DNA of 64,000 nt from Vicinamibacteria bacterium (GTDB taxonomy: Bacteria; Acidobacteriota; Vicinamibacteria; Marinacidobacterales; Marinacidobacteraceae). The position numbers and the translations under genes are program-made. Positions 20,433 to 29,050 of this stretch are shown in pieces. The stretch lies in assembly GCA_963668695.2 (NCBI GenBank), contig CAXXLQ010000004.1, positions 1,888,001 through 1,952,000 of the forward strand, read 5' to 3'. The notes under the pieces were generated by a model. The model saw only the letters and a list, made by a program, of their open reading frames with translations. It made no database searches and had not been told where the DNA came from. Numbering within the stretch: the stretch's first letter is position 1; each line of letters opens with the position of its first letter.

Positions 20433-21329
20433 ATGGTTCGCGGTTCGCGGCGCGATTTCGGCCGCGCGGCGCTGCGGTGCGGTCTGGCGCCTCTCCTCCT
20501 GCTTGCGGTGGCGGCGGGGTGCGGGTCGGACGCCGATCCGGCCCCCACCATCCCGCCGCCTCCAGAGCCACCTCCGGTCGGGCCACCGCCGGACACGCTG
20601 GACCTTCCCGATGACCCCGGAGTGTTTTTTCTCGAGATCTGGGAGGGTCCGGGTTTCGTCCCCATCGAGTACCGGTGGGGGCGGCCGCCCCGCTACGCGC
20701 TGACCGTCGGAGGCGATTTCTTCTACGAGAGGCCGACGATCGAGATCTTTCCCGGTCCGCTCCTCCCGAACATTCAGCGTGGACAACTGACCGACGAAGA
20801 TCTCGGCTCGGTCATCGAAGCGACGGCAGCAACCGGGATTTCCGTGGTTGGGGAAGAGAACATTCAGCAACCCACCACCGGTCCCTTCATCGCCGATGCG
20901 CCGACCTACGAGATTCTGCTGCGCGACCGGCGGGGTTCGCACCTTCTGCGCATCGAGGCGCTCGGTTCCGAAGCGCACACCGATCCCCGGGTAGCTTCCG
21001 TCAAGGAACTGATGCAGCGGCTCGACCTCGCGACCGCGGAGACCGCCGCTGAGACCTATGACGGAGAGCGCCTGCAGGTGTACGCGAGCGCGACCCCGAT
21101 GCTGCCCGACCCGTCAGTGCTCGACGAGCGACCCTGGCCGCTCCCGGATCCGCCTCCCGCCGACGATGTGGAAGATTTCGAGTGCCGGGTGTACGAGGGG
21201 CAGGTCGCCGCCGGTCTGCTCGAAACCTTCAGCGACGCCAACCACGGAACGCGGTGGGAGTTCCAGGGAACCCTCCGTCAGCTCCTCGCCCGCTCCCTCC
21301 TCCCGCGCGAAGAACCCTGCGTCCGCTAG
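20433..21329 (+). CDS. Hypothetical lipoprotein
   Basis: Lipobox VAAGC, Pro-rich linker, IYPGP-like and IADAP motifs. Confidence 0.75.
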   Translation: MVRGSRRDFGRAALRCGLAPLLLLAVAAGCGSDADPAPTIPPPPEPPPVGPPPDTLDLPDDPGVFFLEIWEGPGFVPIEYRWGRPPRYALTVGGDFFYERPTIEIFPGPLLPNIQRGQLTDEDLGSVIEATAATGISVVGEENIQQPTTGPFIADAPTYEILLRDRRGSHLLRIEALGSEAHTDPRVASVKELMQRLDLATAETAAETYDGERLQVYASATPMLPDPSVLDERPWPLPDPPPADDVEDFECRVYEGQVAAGLLETFSDANHGTRWEFQGTLRQLLARSLLPREEPCVR

Positions 21330-21694
21330 CCACGGTCGAGCGGATCGGAGGCGGCGTGGCGCCGCCGACGCCGTCCATGCTCCTTGGCTCCCGGTTCACG
21401 ATCACGGCGGGTGGCTCCTCTCATCGACCTCTACCAACTACTCGACCGCCTCGCCCAGCACGGAGAGAGCGAGCCCCACGCCGGCGAACGGATCGAGGTC
21501 TTCGTGGTGGGATATGCGGGCCCGCCGGCTCGGGGGGCCATACCTGCGACACTTACGAAGGCGAATCGGCTGCCAACCTGCGGTCGACTTTCGAAGAGGA
21601 GTTCAACAGCGCCCGATGGAACTACGAAGGAATCTGGTATCAGATCCTCGCGCGCTCGCTGTTGCCCGGGGAGGCGGGGTGCGGGCAGTGGTGA
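21330..21694 (+). pseudogene. Collapsed, frameshifted paralog of the upstream lipoprotein
   Basis: Three collinear blocks in two frames match 20433-21329, e.g. CDTYEGESAANL...RWNYEGIWYQILARSLLPGEAGC vs CRVYEGQVAAGL...RWEFQGTLRQLLARSLLPREEPC. Confidence 0.7.
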
Positions 21695-23226
21695 CGTCCG
21701 GCGATCGCGTCCGGGTCTCAGCGGCGGTCCCGCTGCTCCTCGCGGCGGCCCTTTCCGCGGCGCCGCCCGTCTCGGGGGAGGAGACGTTCGACGCCGAAGC
21801 GTTCCACCGCTATGTCGAGCAGGCGGTCTCCGACTGGAAGGCCACGGGGCTGGCGGTCGCGGTAGTGCGGGGGCAGGAACTCCTCTTTGCGCGCGGCTAC
21901 GGCGTTGTCGAACTCGGGGAACCGTCAGCCGTGGACGAGGACACCCTGTTCGCGATCGGCTCAACCACCAAGGCGATGACCGCGGCCGCGCTCGGCATCC
22001 TGGTGGACGAGGGGAAACTGGACTGGGACGACCCGGTGCGCCGGCACATTCCCGAGTTCGAAGTCGGAGATCCCTGGGTGAGCGAGGCGATGACGGTGCG
22101 GGATCTCCTGACCCACCGGGGCGGCCTGCCGAACACCGACGTCTTCTGGTACGGCCAGCAGACCGACGTGGACGAGATGCTGTCGCGGCTGCGTCACGTC
22201 GAGCCGGCCTACTCGATGCGGTCGGGTTTCATCTACCAAAACGTCATGTACGCGACCGCCGGCGAGGTGGTGAAGCGCGTGTCGGGGATGCCGTGGCACG
22301 ACTTCGTGGACTCCCGCATCTTCGACCGGTTGGGGATGGATCGGACGGTGCCGCTGATTTCCCTTACCCGGGGCCGTGACAACGTCGCCTCGCCCCACCA
22401 CGTCGTGGACGGTGAAACCGTAGTCATCGAGAACGCTCCGGTGGACTCGGTCGCCGCGGCGGGATCGGTATGGAGTTCGGTCCGCGAGATGTCCCTCTGG
22501 TTGCGGATGCTGCTCGCCTCGGGAGTGGCGGCCGACGGAACCCGGATCCTGAGCGAAGACGTCGTCGAGGAGATGTTCCGCCCGCAGTCGCTCGTGGACC
22601 GTGCCGGGTTCTATCCGACCCAGCGCCTCACGAAGCCCAAGTGGGTGACCTACGGATTCGGCTGGTTCCAGCAGGATTACGACGGACACGCCGTGGACTT
22701 CCACACCGGGAGCATTGACGGGATGGTGGCCATCGCCGGACTCATCCGCGACGAGGGGGTCGGGGTCTATGTCCTCGGGAACCGCGACCATGTGGAGGTT
22801 CGGCACGCGCTCATGCTGCGGGCCTTCGATGCGCTCCTCGGATCCCCGTCCCGCGATTGGAGCGCCGAACTTCGCGAGCTCTACGACGGCCTCGCCGCAG
22901 CCCAGCAGAAGGCCCTGGAGGGGCTGCGCGCGGCGCGGGTCGAGGGCACCCGTCCTCATCTCGATCCGGCGGGCTACGCCGGAACCTACCGCCACGAGGT
23001 CGGGGGCGAGATCGTCGTGAAGGCGGACGGTGAGGGTCTCCGGCTCGATTACGGCCCGGGCCTTCGGGGCCCGCTCACCCACTGGAGCCACGAGACGTTC
23101 CGGGTCGCCTGGGACGCCCGCTGGCGGGGCGAGGCGCTGATCACGTTTCATCTCGACCCCGCGGGAAACCCGGCGGCCCTTTCCCTCGGGGAAACGCGCT
23201 TCCGGCGGATAGCCGATGCGCCTTGA
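21691..23226 (+). CDS. Serine hydrolase (beta-lactamase/AmpC-like) with DUF3471-like C-terminus
   Basis: GSTTK (SxxK), DLLTHRGG, FIYQN, FHTGS; the GTG start is approximate. Confidence 0.9.
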   Translation: MTSGDRVRVSAAVPLLLAAALSAAPPVSGEETFDAEAFHRYVEQAVSDWKATGLAVAVVRGQELLFARGYGVVELGEPSAVDEDTLFAIGSTTKAMTAAALGILVDEGKLDWDDPVRRHIPEFEVGDPWVSEAMTVRDLLTHRGGLPNTDVFWYGQQTDVDEMLSRLRHVEPAYSMRSGFIYQNVMYATAGEVVKRVSGMPWHDFVDSRIFDRLGMDRTVPLISLTRGRDNVASPHHVVDGETVVIENAPVDSVAAAGSVWSSVREMSLWLRMLLASGVAADGTRILSEDVVEEMFRPQSLVDRAGFYPTQRLTKPKWVTYGFGWFQQDYDGHAVDFHTGSIDGMVAIAGLIRDEGVGVYVLGNRDHVEVRHALMLRAFDALLGSPSRDWSAELRELYDGLAAAQQKALEGLRAARVEGTRPHLDPAGYAGTYRHEVGGEIVVKADGEGLRLDYGPGLRGPLTHWSHETFRVAWDARWRGEALITFHLDPAGNPAALSLGETRFRRIADAP

Positions 23227-23263
23227 TCGGGGTGCCACCTGGAAATAAGCTCCCGGGAAGAAC

Positions 23264-23416
23264 ATGGAATCCGATACCAGCTTTTGGCAGCGTTTGCCCG
23301 GCGCGGACAGCCGCATCGTGCAGCGATTGGCCGGCGCGGCCTTCTTCTTCTTCCTCATCAAGGGTCTGATCTGGCTCGGCATCGTGGCCGTCGCGGCATG
23401 GGCTGTCATCCGGTGA
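23264..23416 (+). CDS. Small membrane protein (50 aa), absent from the ORF track
   Basis: MESDTSFWQRLPGADSRIVQRLAGAAFFFFLIKGLIWLGIVAVAAWAVIR; purine-rich RBS; stops 5 nt before the next ATG. Confidence 0.65.
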   Translation: MESDTSFWQRLPGADSRIVQRLAGAAFFFFLIKGLIWLGIVAVAAWAVIR

Positions 23417-23421
23417 GCGTC

Positions 23422-24063
23422 ATGGCGGACGGGCTGGCGGACGGGCTGGCGGACGGGTTGGCGGACCGGCTCAAGGCGGCCACCGCGGACCAGCACGCCG
23501 CGGCGGAAAACCACGTGTTCCAGCGCGGCTTGGTTCGCGGGCAGGTCTCCCGCACGGCGCTCGCCGAGCACCAGTGCGGGCTGCTCGGGCTCGTTCGCCT
23601 TATCCAGGCGCAGCTCCTCGCTCAGGGGCCCGACTGGCTCTGCTTCGCCGACGCGATGGGCGGCCACGCCGAAAGGCTGGCGCTCGATCTGAAGAGTCTC
23701 GGCGCCGGTCTCCCGCGGTCCCCCTCCCGGGCGGTTCTCCGCTTCGCGGAGGCGCTGGGCGCGTCCTGGAGTCCGGAAGCCGCCCTCGGCGCCTTCTACG
23801 TGATCGAAGGCTCGATGAACGGCAACCGTTTCATCGGGCGGGCGGTGGCCGAAGAGCGCCCGGACCTGGCGGAGAGTCTTCGCTACTTCGACCCCTACGG
23901 TAAGGACCAGCGGGCGCGCTGGCGCGAGTTCCGGAGCGCCATCGACCGCATCGGGCGCACGCTCCGCTTCCCGGACGAAGCCGTTCGTGCCGCCCGGCAG
24001 ACTTTTATCGTGGCGGGAGAGCTGGCGGGCGAAGCCCAGGCCGCCGAGGTGGCGGCTGCCTGA
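23422..24063 (+). CDS. Biliverdin-producing heme oxygenase family protein
   Basis: LKAATADQHAAAE, LGAFYVIEGSMNG, YFDPYG. Confidence 0.85.
   Translation: MADGLADGLADGLADRLKAATADQHAAAENHVFQRGLVRGQVSRTALAEHQCGLLGLVRLIQAQLLAQGPDWLCFADAMGGHAERLALDLKSLGAGLPRSPSRAVLRFAEALGASWSPEAALGAFYVIEGSMNGNRFIGRAVAEERPDLAESLRYFDPYGKDQRARWREFRSAIDRIGRTLRFPDEAVRAARQTFIVAGELAGEAQAAEVAAA
23423..23466 (+). repeat. 12-bp tandem repeat (ADGL)x3.6
   Basis: TGGCGGACGGGC repeated at the start of the heme oxygenase gene. Confidence 0.85.
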
Positions 24064-24092
24064 GCCGGCGGGGAACTGCGGGCAGGCCGGCG

Positions 24093-24461
24093 ATGGCCGA
24101 TTGCTGGATTGCCCTGACAACGCTCGCGACCCGCGACGAGGGCGAACGTCTCGCCGCGATCCTCGTCGAGGAGTGCCTCGCTGCCTGCGTCAACGTGATC
24201 GGTCCGATGATCTCCATCTACCAGTGGGAAGGCAAGGTCGAACGGGACACGGAGGTCCTCCTCCTCATCAAGACCACCGCGGCGGGCGTCGAGCCTCTCA
24301 AAGAGCGGGTTCTCGATCTCCATCCCTACGACACCCCCGAATTCCTCGCTTTCGAGGTGGGCGCCGGATCGTCCGGCTACCTCGACTGGGTGGTGGATTC
24401 GGTGGCGCCGGCAGGCCCCGATGGAACCCCCGATGGAACCCCCGATGGAACCCCCGTCTGA
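24093..24461 (+). CDS. cutA: Divalent-cation tolerance protein CutA
   Basis: LAACVN, SIYQWEGK, IKT, HPYDTPE. Confidence 0.93.
   Translation: MADCWIALTTLATRDEGERLAAILVEECLAACVNVIGPMISIYQWEGKVERDTEVLLLIKTTAAGVEPLKERVLDLHPYDTPEFLAFEVGAGSSGYLDWVVDSVAPAGPDGTPDGTPDGTPV
24416..24456 (+). repeat. 12-bp tandem repeat (PDGT)x3
   Basis: CCCCGATGGAAC x3 at the 3' end of cutA. Confidence 0.85.
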
Positions 24462-24555
24462 CTGCTCTCGCCGGATCTGATCGGCGAAACCCGTAGCCGG
24501 GCGGGCATCCGTCGTCGACGCCCGACAGCCGAGCCCGGTAGCGTCGGCCGGTTGC

Positions 24556-24798
24556 CGGACCACCTCAAAGGACCCTCGCCTCTCCGCGGCGCTCACCACC
24601 TTCAAGGTGGGCGACGTGCCGGTGGACAACATCGCGAAGGGCGTTATGGACCTTGAGCGCATCTTCATCCGCACGGTGGAGAAGCCCGATCTCTCCGCGG
24701 CTCGTTCTTCGGTCCACTTCTGCAACATGCCGGGCGAGGTGGACGGCCTCCTCCGGGCTATCCGCGACATCGCGGCCCACCAGTCCGACTACCTGTAG
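24556..24798 (+). pseudogene. C-terminal fragment of a class V aminotransferase-like protein
   Basis: SKDPRLSAALTTFKVG...IFIRTV...ARSSVHFCNMPGEVDGLLRAI; no N-terminal part. Confidence 0.55.
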
Positions 24799-24799
24799 C

Positions 24800-25003
24800 C
24801 TGGGACCGCCGGCCTTCAGGCCGGCATCGCTCCCCGCAGGGGAGCGAGAAGCGTGTTTTGGCTACCCGTGTGAAGCGCGCGGCGTAAAGAAGGGCGTATC
24901 GCCGGTCTGCTCGAAGAGCGCAGCGGGCAGGGAACGCCGACCTCTGGGCAGTTCTCCCGGCGGGGCCCGGCATCGCTCCCCGCAGGGGAGCGAGAAGCGT
25001 GTT
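24800..25003 (+). repeat. Two family C repeats (empty at 24802; 18-nt variant at 24948-24965)
   Basis: GGGACCGCCGGCCTTCAGGCCGGCATCGCTCCCCGCAGGGGAGCGAGAAGCGTGTT, and a second copy with the same second hairpin. Confidence 0.85.
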
Positions 25004-25096
25004 CTGCGGACCCGCGTGACGGGCGGATGCCCCCAGGGACACAGTTGCGGCAAACCGCCGCCCGCCCCCACAGTGTTGGCACTGGAGGCGATGGGA

Positions 25097-27979
25097 ATGA
25101 AGCACAGGAACTGGTGCGCTCTTTTGTTGTTTTCCGCGGGTCTCGGTTGCGCGCTCTGGACGGCGCCTGGGTGCGCCCCGCCGGGCGACGGCCCGAGGAC
25201 CCGGCTGCTCATGGACGAGGGGTGGCGCTTCTTCCGCGGCCGGGCGGAAGGGTTCATTCCGTTACCCCGCGGCAACACCATCGAAACCTGGCGCTGGAAG
25301 ATGAGCGCGACCGGCGAGGAGGAAGCGGAAGCGATGGCGGCGCCCGGGCTCGACGTGTCCGGCTGGGAGGAGACGGCGGCGGGCAGGGACGTGTTCGATG
25401 GGCAGGCAGGACTGGCCTGGTTCCGTGCGGAACTCGGAGCTTTGCCGCCTGGTCCGACCGGGAGACCCCGGATCTACTTCCAGTCCGTGGATGACAACGC
25501 CACCGTCTTTCTCAACGGGACCAGGCTCGTGTACCACGAGGGAACTGACGTTCCGTTCGAGGTCTCTCTGGATTCGAGCGGCGCCTGGAACCTGGGCGGG
25601 CCGAACGCCCTGGCCGTGCTCGTGGAGAACACCGGCGGCCCCGGGGGAATCGCCGGTGCGTCCGTCTACAACCGGCCGGCACTCTGGCAAGACGATCCGG
25701 GAATGCGCTCCGTCGAGACGGCGGCGGTGGATTTCGACGACAGCGGCTGGGAGGAGATCCGGGTCCCCCACGACTTCGTGGTGGGGGGAGAGTTCGATCC
25801 CAAGGGAGCCGACAAGCCCGGTGGGAAGAGGCCCGGTTTCAACGAACTCTGGTACGACCGCGACCACGGCTACAAGCCCAAGGGCGTCGGCTGGTACCGC
25901 CGCACCTTCGAGCTTCCGGCCGCCGACCGGGGCAAACGGATCTGGCTGGAGTTCGACGGGGTCTACCGGAACAGCGACGTATGGATCAACGGTCAGTGGC
26001 TGGGGCACCACTGGAGTGGCTACACCGGCTTCCACTACGACATCACCGACGCTGCGAACTTCGGTGGAAGGAACGTGGTGACGGTGCGCGCCGACGCCGA
26101 CTGGGACGAGGGCTGGTGGTACGAGGGAGGGGGCATCTACCGCCACGTCTGGCTCACGAAACTCGATTCCCCGCACGTCGGTCATTGGGGAACGTTCGTG
26201 ACCACGCCCGAGGTCTCCGGGGAGGTGGCCGAGGTGAACGTTGAGACGACGGTCGTCAATGAAGGCGGGGAGCCGGCGGAGTGCACCCTGACGAGCGCCG
26301 TCATCGATCGGGAAGGGAACCGGGTCGCGGCCGCCGCCGCCACCGAGAGCATTCCGGCGGGTCAGGAATTCGCATTCAGCCAGAGCATCGAGATTTCGGC
26401 CCCGACCCTGTGGTCCCTGGAAGATCCTTATCTGTACACGGTGGAGACCATGGTCGAAACCGGCGGACGGGTTACCGACCGCTACGAGACGCCCTTCGGG
26501 GTGCGTTCCTTCCGCTTCGACGGGAGTGGGTTCTCGCTGAACGGGACGCGCGTGAAGATCAACGGGGCCAACCTCCATCACGATTTCGCCGGCGTGGGGG
26601 TGGCCCTTCCGGACCGGGTCAACACCTACCGGCTCGAAAAGCTCAAGGAGATGGGAGCGAACGCCATCCGCACCTCGCACAACCCACCCACGGCCGAGGT
26701 CCTGGACGCGGCGGACCGTCTCGGGATACTGGTTCTCGTCGAAAACCGCCACCTGGGCACCTCGCAAGACGTGCTCGGCACGGTCGAGAGCATGGTCCGG
26801 CGCGACCGCAACCATCCGAGCGTCATCGGGTGGAGCATGAACAACGAGGGGCTGCGGCAGGGTTACGAGGAGGCCGGCCGTCAGTTGCGCGCGATGCACA
26901 GCACGATCAAACGGCTGGACCCCGCCCGGCCCACGACCGGGAACGTGGGCCCGCTGACCGGCGCCACCTCTCCCGGCGAGATTTCCACGGTGCGGGATCT
27001 CATCACTCTGGCGGACGTGATCGACGTGAGGGGATTCGATCCCCGGAATTACGACGCGTATCACGCCGCAAATCCGGACCGGCCCATGCTGGCGCTCGAG
27101 ACCGGCTACGACCTTACGACGCGCGGCGTCTATGTGGACGACGAGGAGAAGGGCTACCACAGCTCGTATGACACCTCGGCCGCGGAGACCTGGCGCCGGA
27201 TCGCCGAAACCGACTATGTCGCGGGCGGCTTTGTCTGGAACGGAATCGACTACCGGGGTGAGCCGTTCCCCTTCGACTGGCCGGTCATCACCGCCCAGTA
27301 CGGCTTCATGGATACCTGCGCCTTCCCCAAGGACAACTACTACTACTACCAGTCGAGCTGGAGCGACGAGACCGTGCTCCATCTGTTCCCGCACTGGAAC
27401 GAGCCACCGCTCACCGAAGACGGGACGGTCGAGGTCCGGTCCTTTACCAACTGCGAGAGCGTGGAGCTGTTCCTGAACGGAGCAAGCCAGGGACGAAAGG
27501 ATCGGGAGCCGTACGCCGGCCTTTCCTGGCAGGTTCCGTGGGAGCCGGGAGTCCTGGAAGCCAAGTGCCACCGCGACGGTGAGGTCGTTGCGGAGACCAG
27601 GCGAGAGACGACCGGAGTGCCGTCCGGCATCGCTTTGGCGCCGGATCGGTCGAGCGTCCACGCGGACGGGGAGGCCGTTTCCCTGGTCAGGGTGTCCATC
27701 GTGGACGCGGCGGGACGAACGGTACCCACCGCCACGAACGAGGTGCAGTTCCGCCTGGAGGGGCCGGGAGAGATCATCGGGGTGGGGAACGGCGATCCCT
27801 CGAGCCGCGAAGCGGACCACGGAGAGCGGCGCCGCGCCTTTGGAGGCTTGGCACTCGTCATCGTCCAGGCCGGGAAGCAGCCGGGTGCGATCACGCTGAC
27901 CGCCGAGTCTCCGGGCCTCGCGACAGCCGTCGTGGAAATCACCGCCGAGCCGGCAGACATCCGGCCGCGAGTTCCCTGA
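25097..27979 (+). CDS. GH2 beta-galactosidase-like glycosidase (probable lipoprotein)
   Basis: GWYRRTF, LEFDGVY, WWYEGGGIYRHVWL, MGANAIRTSHNP, RDRNHPSVIGWSMNNE, DYRGEP; extra sugar-binding module near the N-terminus. Confidence 0.93.
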   Translation: MKHRNWCALLLFSAGLGCALWTAPGCAPPGDGPRTRLLMDEGWRFFRGRAEGFIPLPRGNTIETWRWKMSATGEEEAEAMAAPGLDVSGWEETAAGRDVFDGQAGLAWFRAELGALPPGPTGRPRIYFQSVDDNATVFLNGTRLVYHEGTDVPFEVSLDSSGAWNLGGPNALAVLVENTGGPGGIAGASVYNRPALWQDDPGMRSVETAAVDFDDSGWEEIRVPHDFVVGGEFDPKGADKPGGKRPGFNELWYDRDHGYKPKGVGWYRRTFELPAADRGKRIWLEFDGVYRNSDVWINGQWLGHHWSGYTGFHYDITDAANFGGRNVVTVRADADWDEGWWYEGGGIYRHVWLTKLDSPHVGHWGTFVTTPEVSGEVAEVNVETTVVNEGGEPAECTLTSAVIDREGNRVAAAAATESIPAGQEFAFSQSIEISAPTLWSLEDPYLYTVETMVETGGRVTDRYETPFGVRSFRFDGSGFSLNGTRVKINGANLHHDFAGVGVALPDRVNTYRLEKLKEMGANAIRTSHNPPTAEVLDAADRLGILVLVENRHLGTSQDVLGTVESMVRRDRNHPSVIGWSMNNEGLRQGYEEAGRQLRAMHSTIKRLDPARPTTGNVGPLTGATSPGEISTVRDLITLADVIDVRGFDPRNYDAYHAANPDRPMLALETGYDLTTRGVYVDDEEKGYHSSYDTSAAETWRRIAETDYVAGGFVWNGIDYRGEPFPFDWPVITAQYGFMDTCAFPKDNYYYYQSSWSDETVLHLFPHWNEPPLTEDGTVEVRSFTNCESVELFLNGASQGRKDREPYAGLSWQVPWEPGVLEAKCHRDGEVVAETRRETTGVPSGIALAPDRSSVHADGEAVSLVRVSIVDAAGRTVPTATNEVQFRLEGPGEIIGVGNGDPSSREADHGERRRAFGGLALVIVQAGKQPGAITLTAESPGLATAVVEITAEPADIRPRVP

Positions 27980-28028
27980 CGTCCGCGGAGCACACCTCCG
28001 CGGACGCCGGCCAGCGGGAGAGCGCCCT

Positions 28029-28994
28029 CTACTCGGCCACCCGTACCGCCGCCAGTTGGGCTCTCAACTCCTCGTTCCCGGGTGCCTCGATAAACGTGTC
28101 GAACTCCAGGAAGTAGTTGCCCGGGTCGTAACCGACGAAAACCTGTACCCGGTCGCTCTCGCTGACGATTTCGGTGCGCGAGCGATAGCCCTCGGATGCC
28201 TCGAGATGTTGGTACCACGGCTCCACGTCATCCACGAAGAAGCTCACCGTGACCGCCTTGTCCTCGGTGAAGGAGTGCATGCCGCGGGTCGAATCCACGA
28301 GGCCGACGAAGCCGGCGTACGAAGTGCGGAGGACCTTCACCCATCCCTGATCCAGGGTCTCGGGAAACCCGAACGTCGTCTGCCAGAAGTCGAGCATCTC
28401 CGGGATGTTGGGGTAGTAGAGCCAGACGATCATGGCCTCGAACCCCATCCCGGGCCCCGCCGCCGCATCATCCCCGCCGAGCGGCTCGGTGGTGTCCAGG
28501 ATCGGCATGAGATCGACGTTCTCCGCGTGGGGCAGGAACCGTTCGAACTCCAGGATGTAGCCCCCGGGGTCGAAGACCGTGAAGCCGTGGTGGGGGGCTT
28601 CCGGATCGGCGGCGTCGGGATCGAAGCGACTCCGGAAGTTCGCGCCCGCCGCGTCGAGGCGCTCCTGCCAGGCGGCGAGGTGATCGGTGATCAGCGCGAA
28701 GGCGACCGTCTTCGGTTCGTCGGCGCTGTGCATCCCCTCGGCCTCGTCCACCAGGGTCAGATACGCCGACTCGGCGACCTGGAACATCTTGGCGAAACCG
28801 AAGTCGGCGGCGAGCGGCAGCCCGAGCGTGTCGGCGTAGAAGGTCTCCGCCTCGGCCAGATCGCTGTAGTACAGGAAGGCGTTCTGCGCCAGGATGGGTG
28901 GCAGGTCGCCGGCCGGTTCCGCCGCCATTTCCGGGGTCTCGGGAGGCGGCGAGCAGGCGGCGGCAAGCAACAGGGCGAGAACGGTGCGGCGCAT
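28029..28994 (-). CDS. VOC/glyoxalase family lipoprotein with two domains
   Basis: Lipobox LAAAC; duplicated FY...LG...DPG.Y.LEF units. Confidence 0.85.
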   Translation of the reverse strand: MRRTVLALLLAAACSPPPETPEMAAEPAGDLPPILAQNAFLYYSDLAEAETFYADTLGLPLAADFGFAKMFQVAESAYLTLVDEAEGMHSADEPKTVAFALITDHLAAWQERLDAAGANFRSRFDPDAADPEAPHHGFTVFDPGGYILEFERFLPHAENVDLMPILDTTEPLGGDDAAAGPGMGFEAMIVWLYYPNIPEMLDFWQTTFGFPETLDQGWVKVLRTSYAGFVGLVDSTRGMHSFTEDKAVTVSFFVDDVEPWYQHLEASEGYRSRTEIVSESDRVQVFVGYDPGNYFLEFDTFIEAPGNEELRAQLAAVRVAE

Positions 28995-29050
28995 GGACCG
29001 GAAGGTACCACCGCCGGAGAGCGGCGTCGGGAGCGCCGCGCCTCGAAGGT

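Noticed and set aside
20433-21694. Diversity-generating retroelement template/variable region pair
   Set aside because: The paralogous blocks diverge at all base types rather than adenines only, and no reverse transcriptase gene is in the window.
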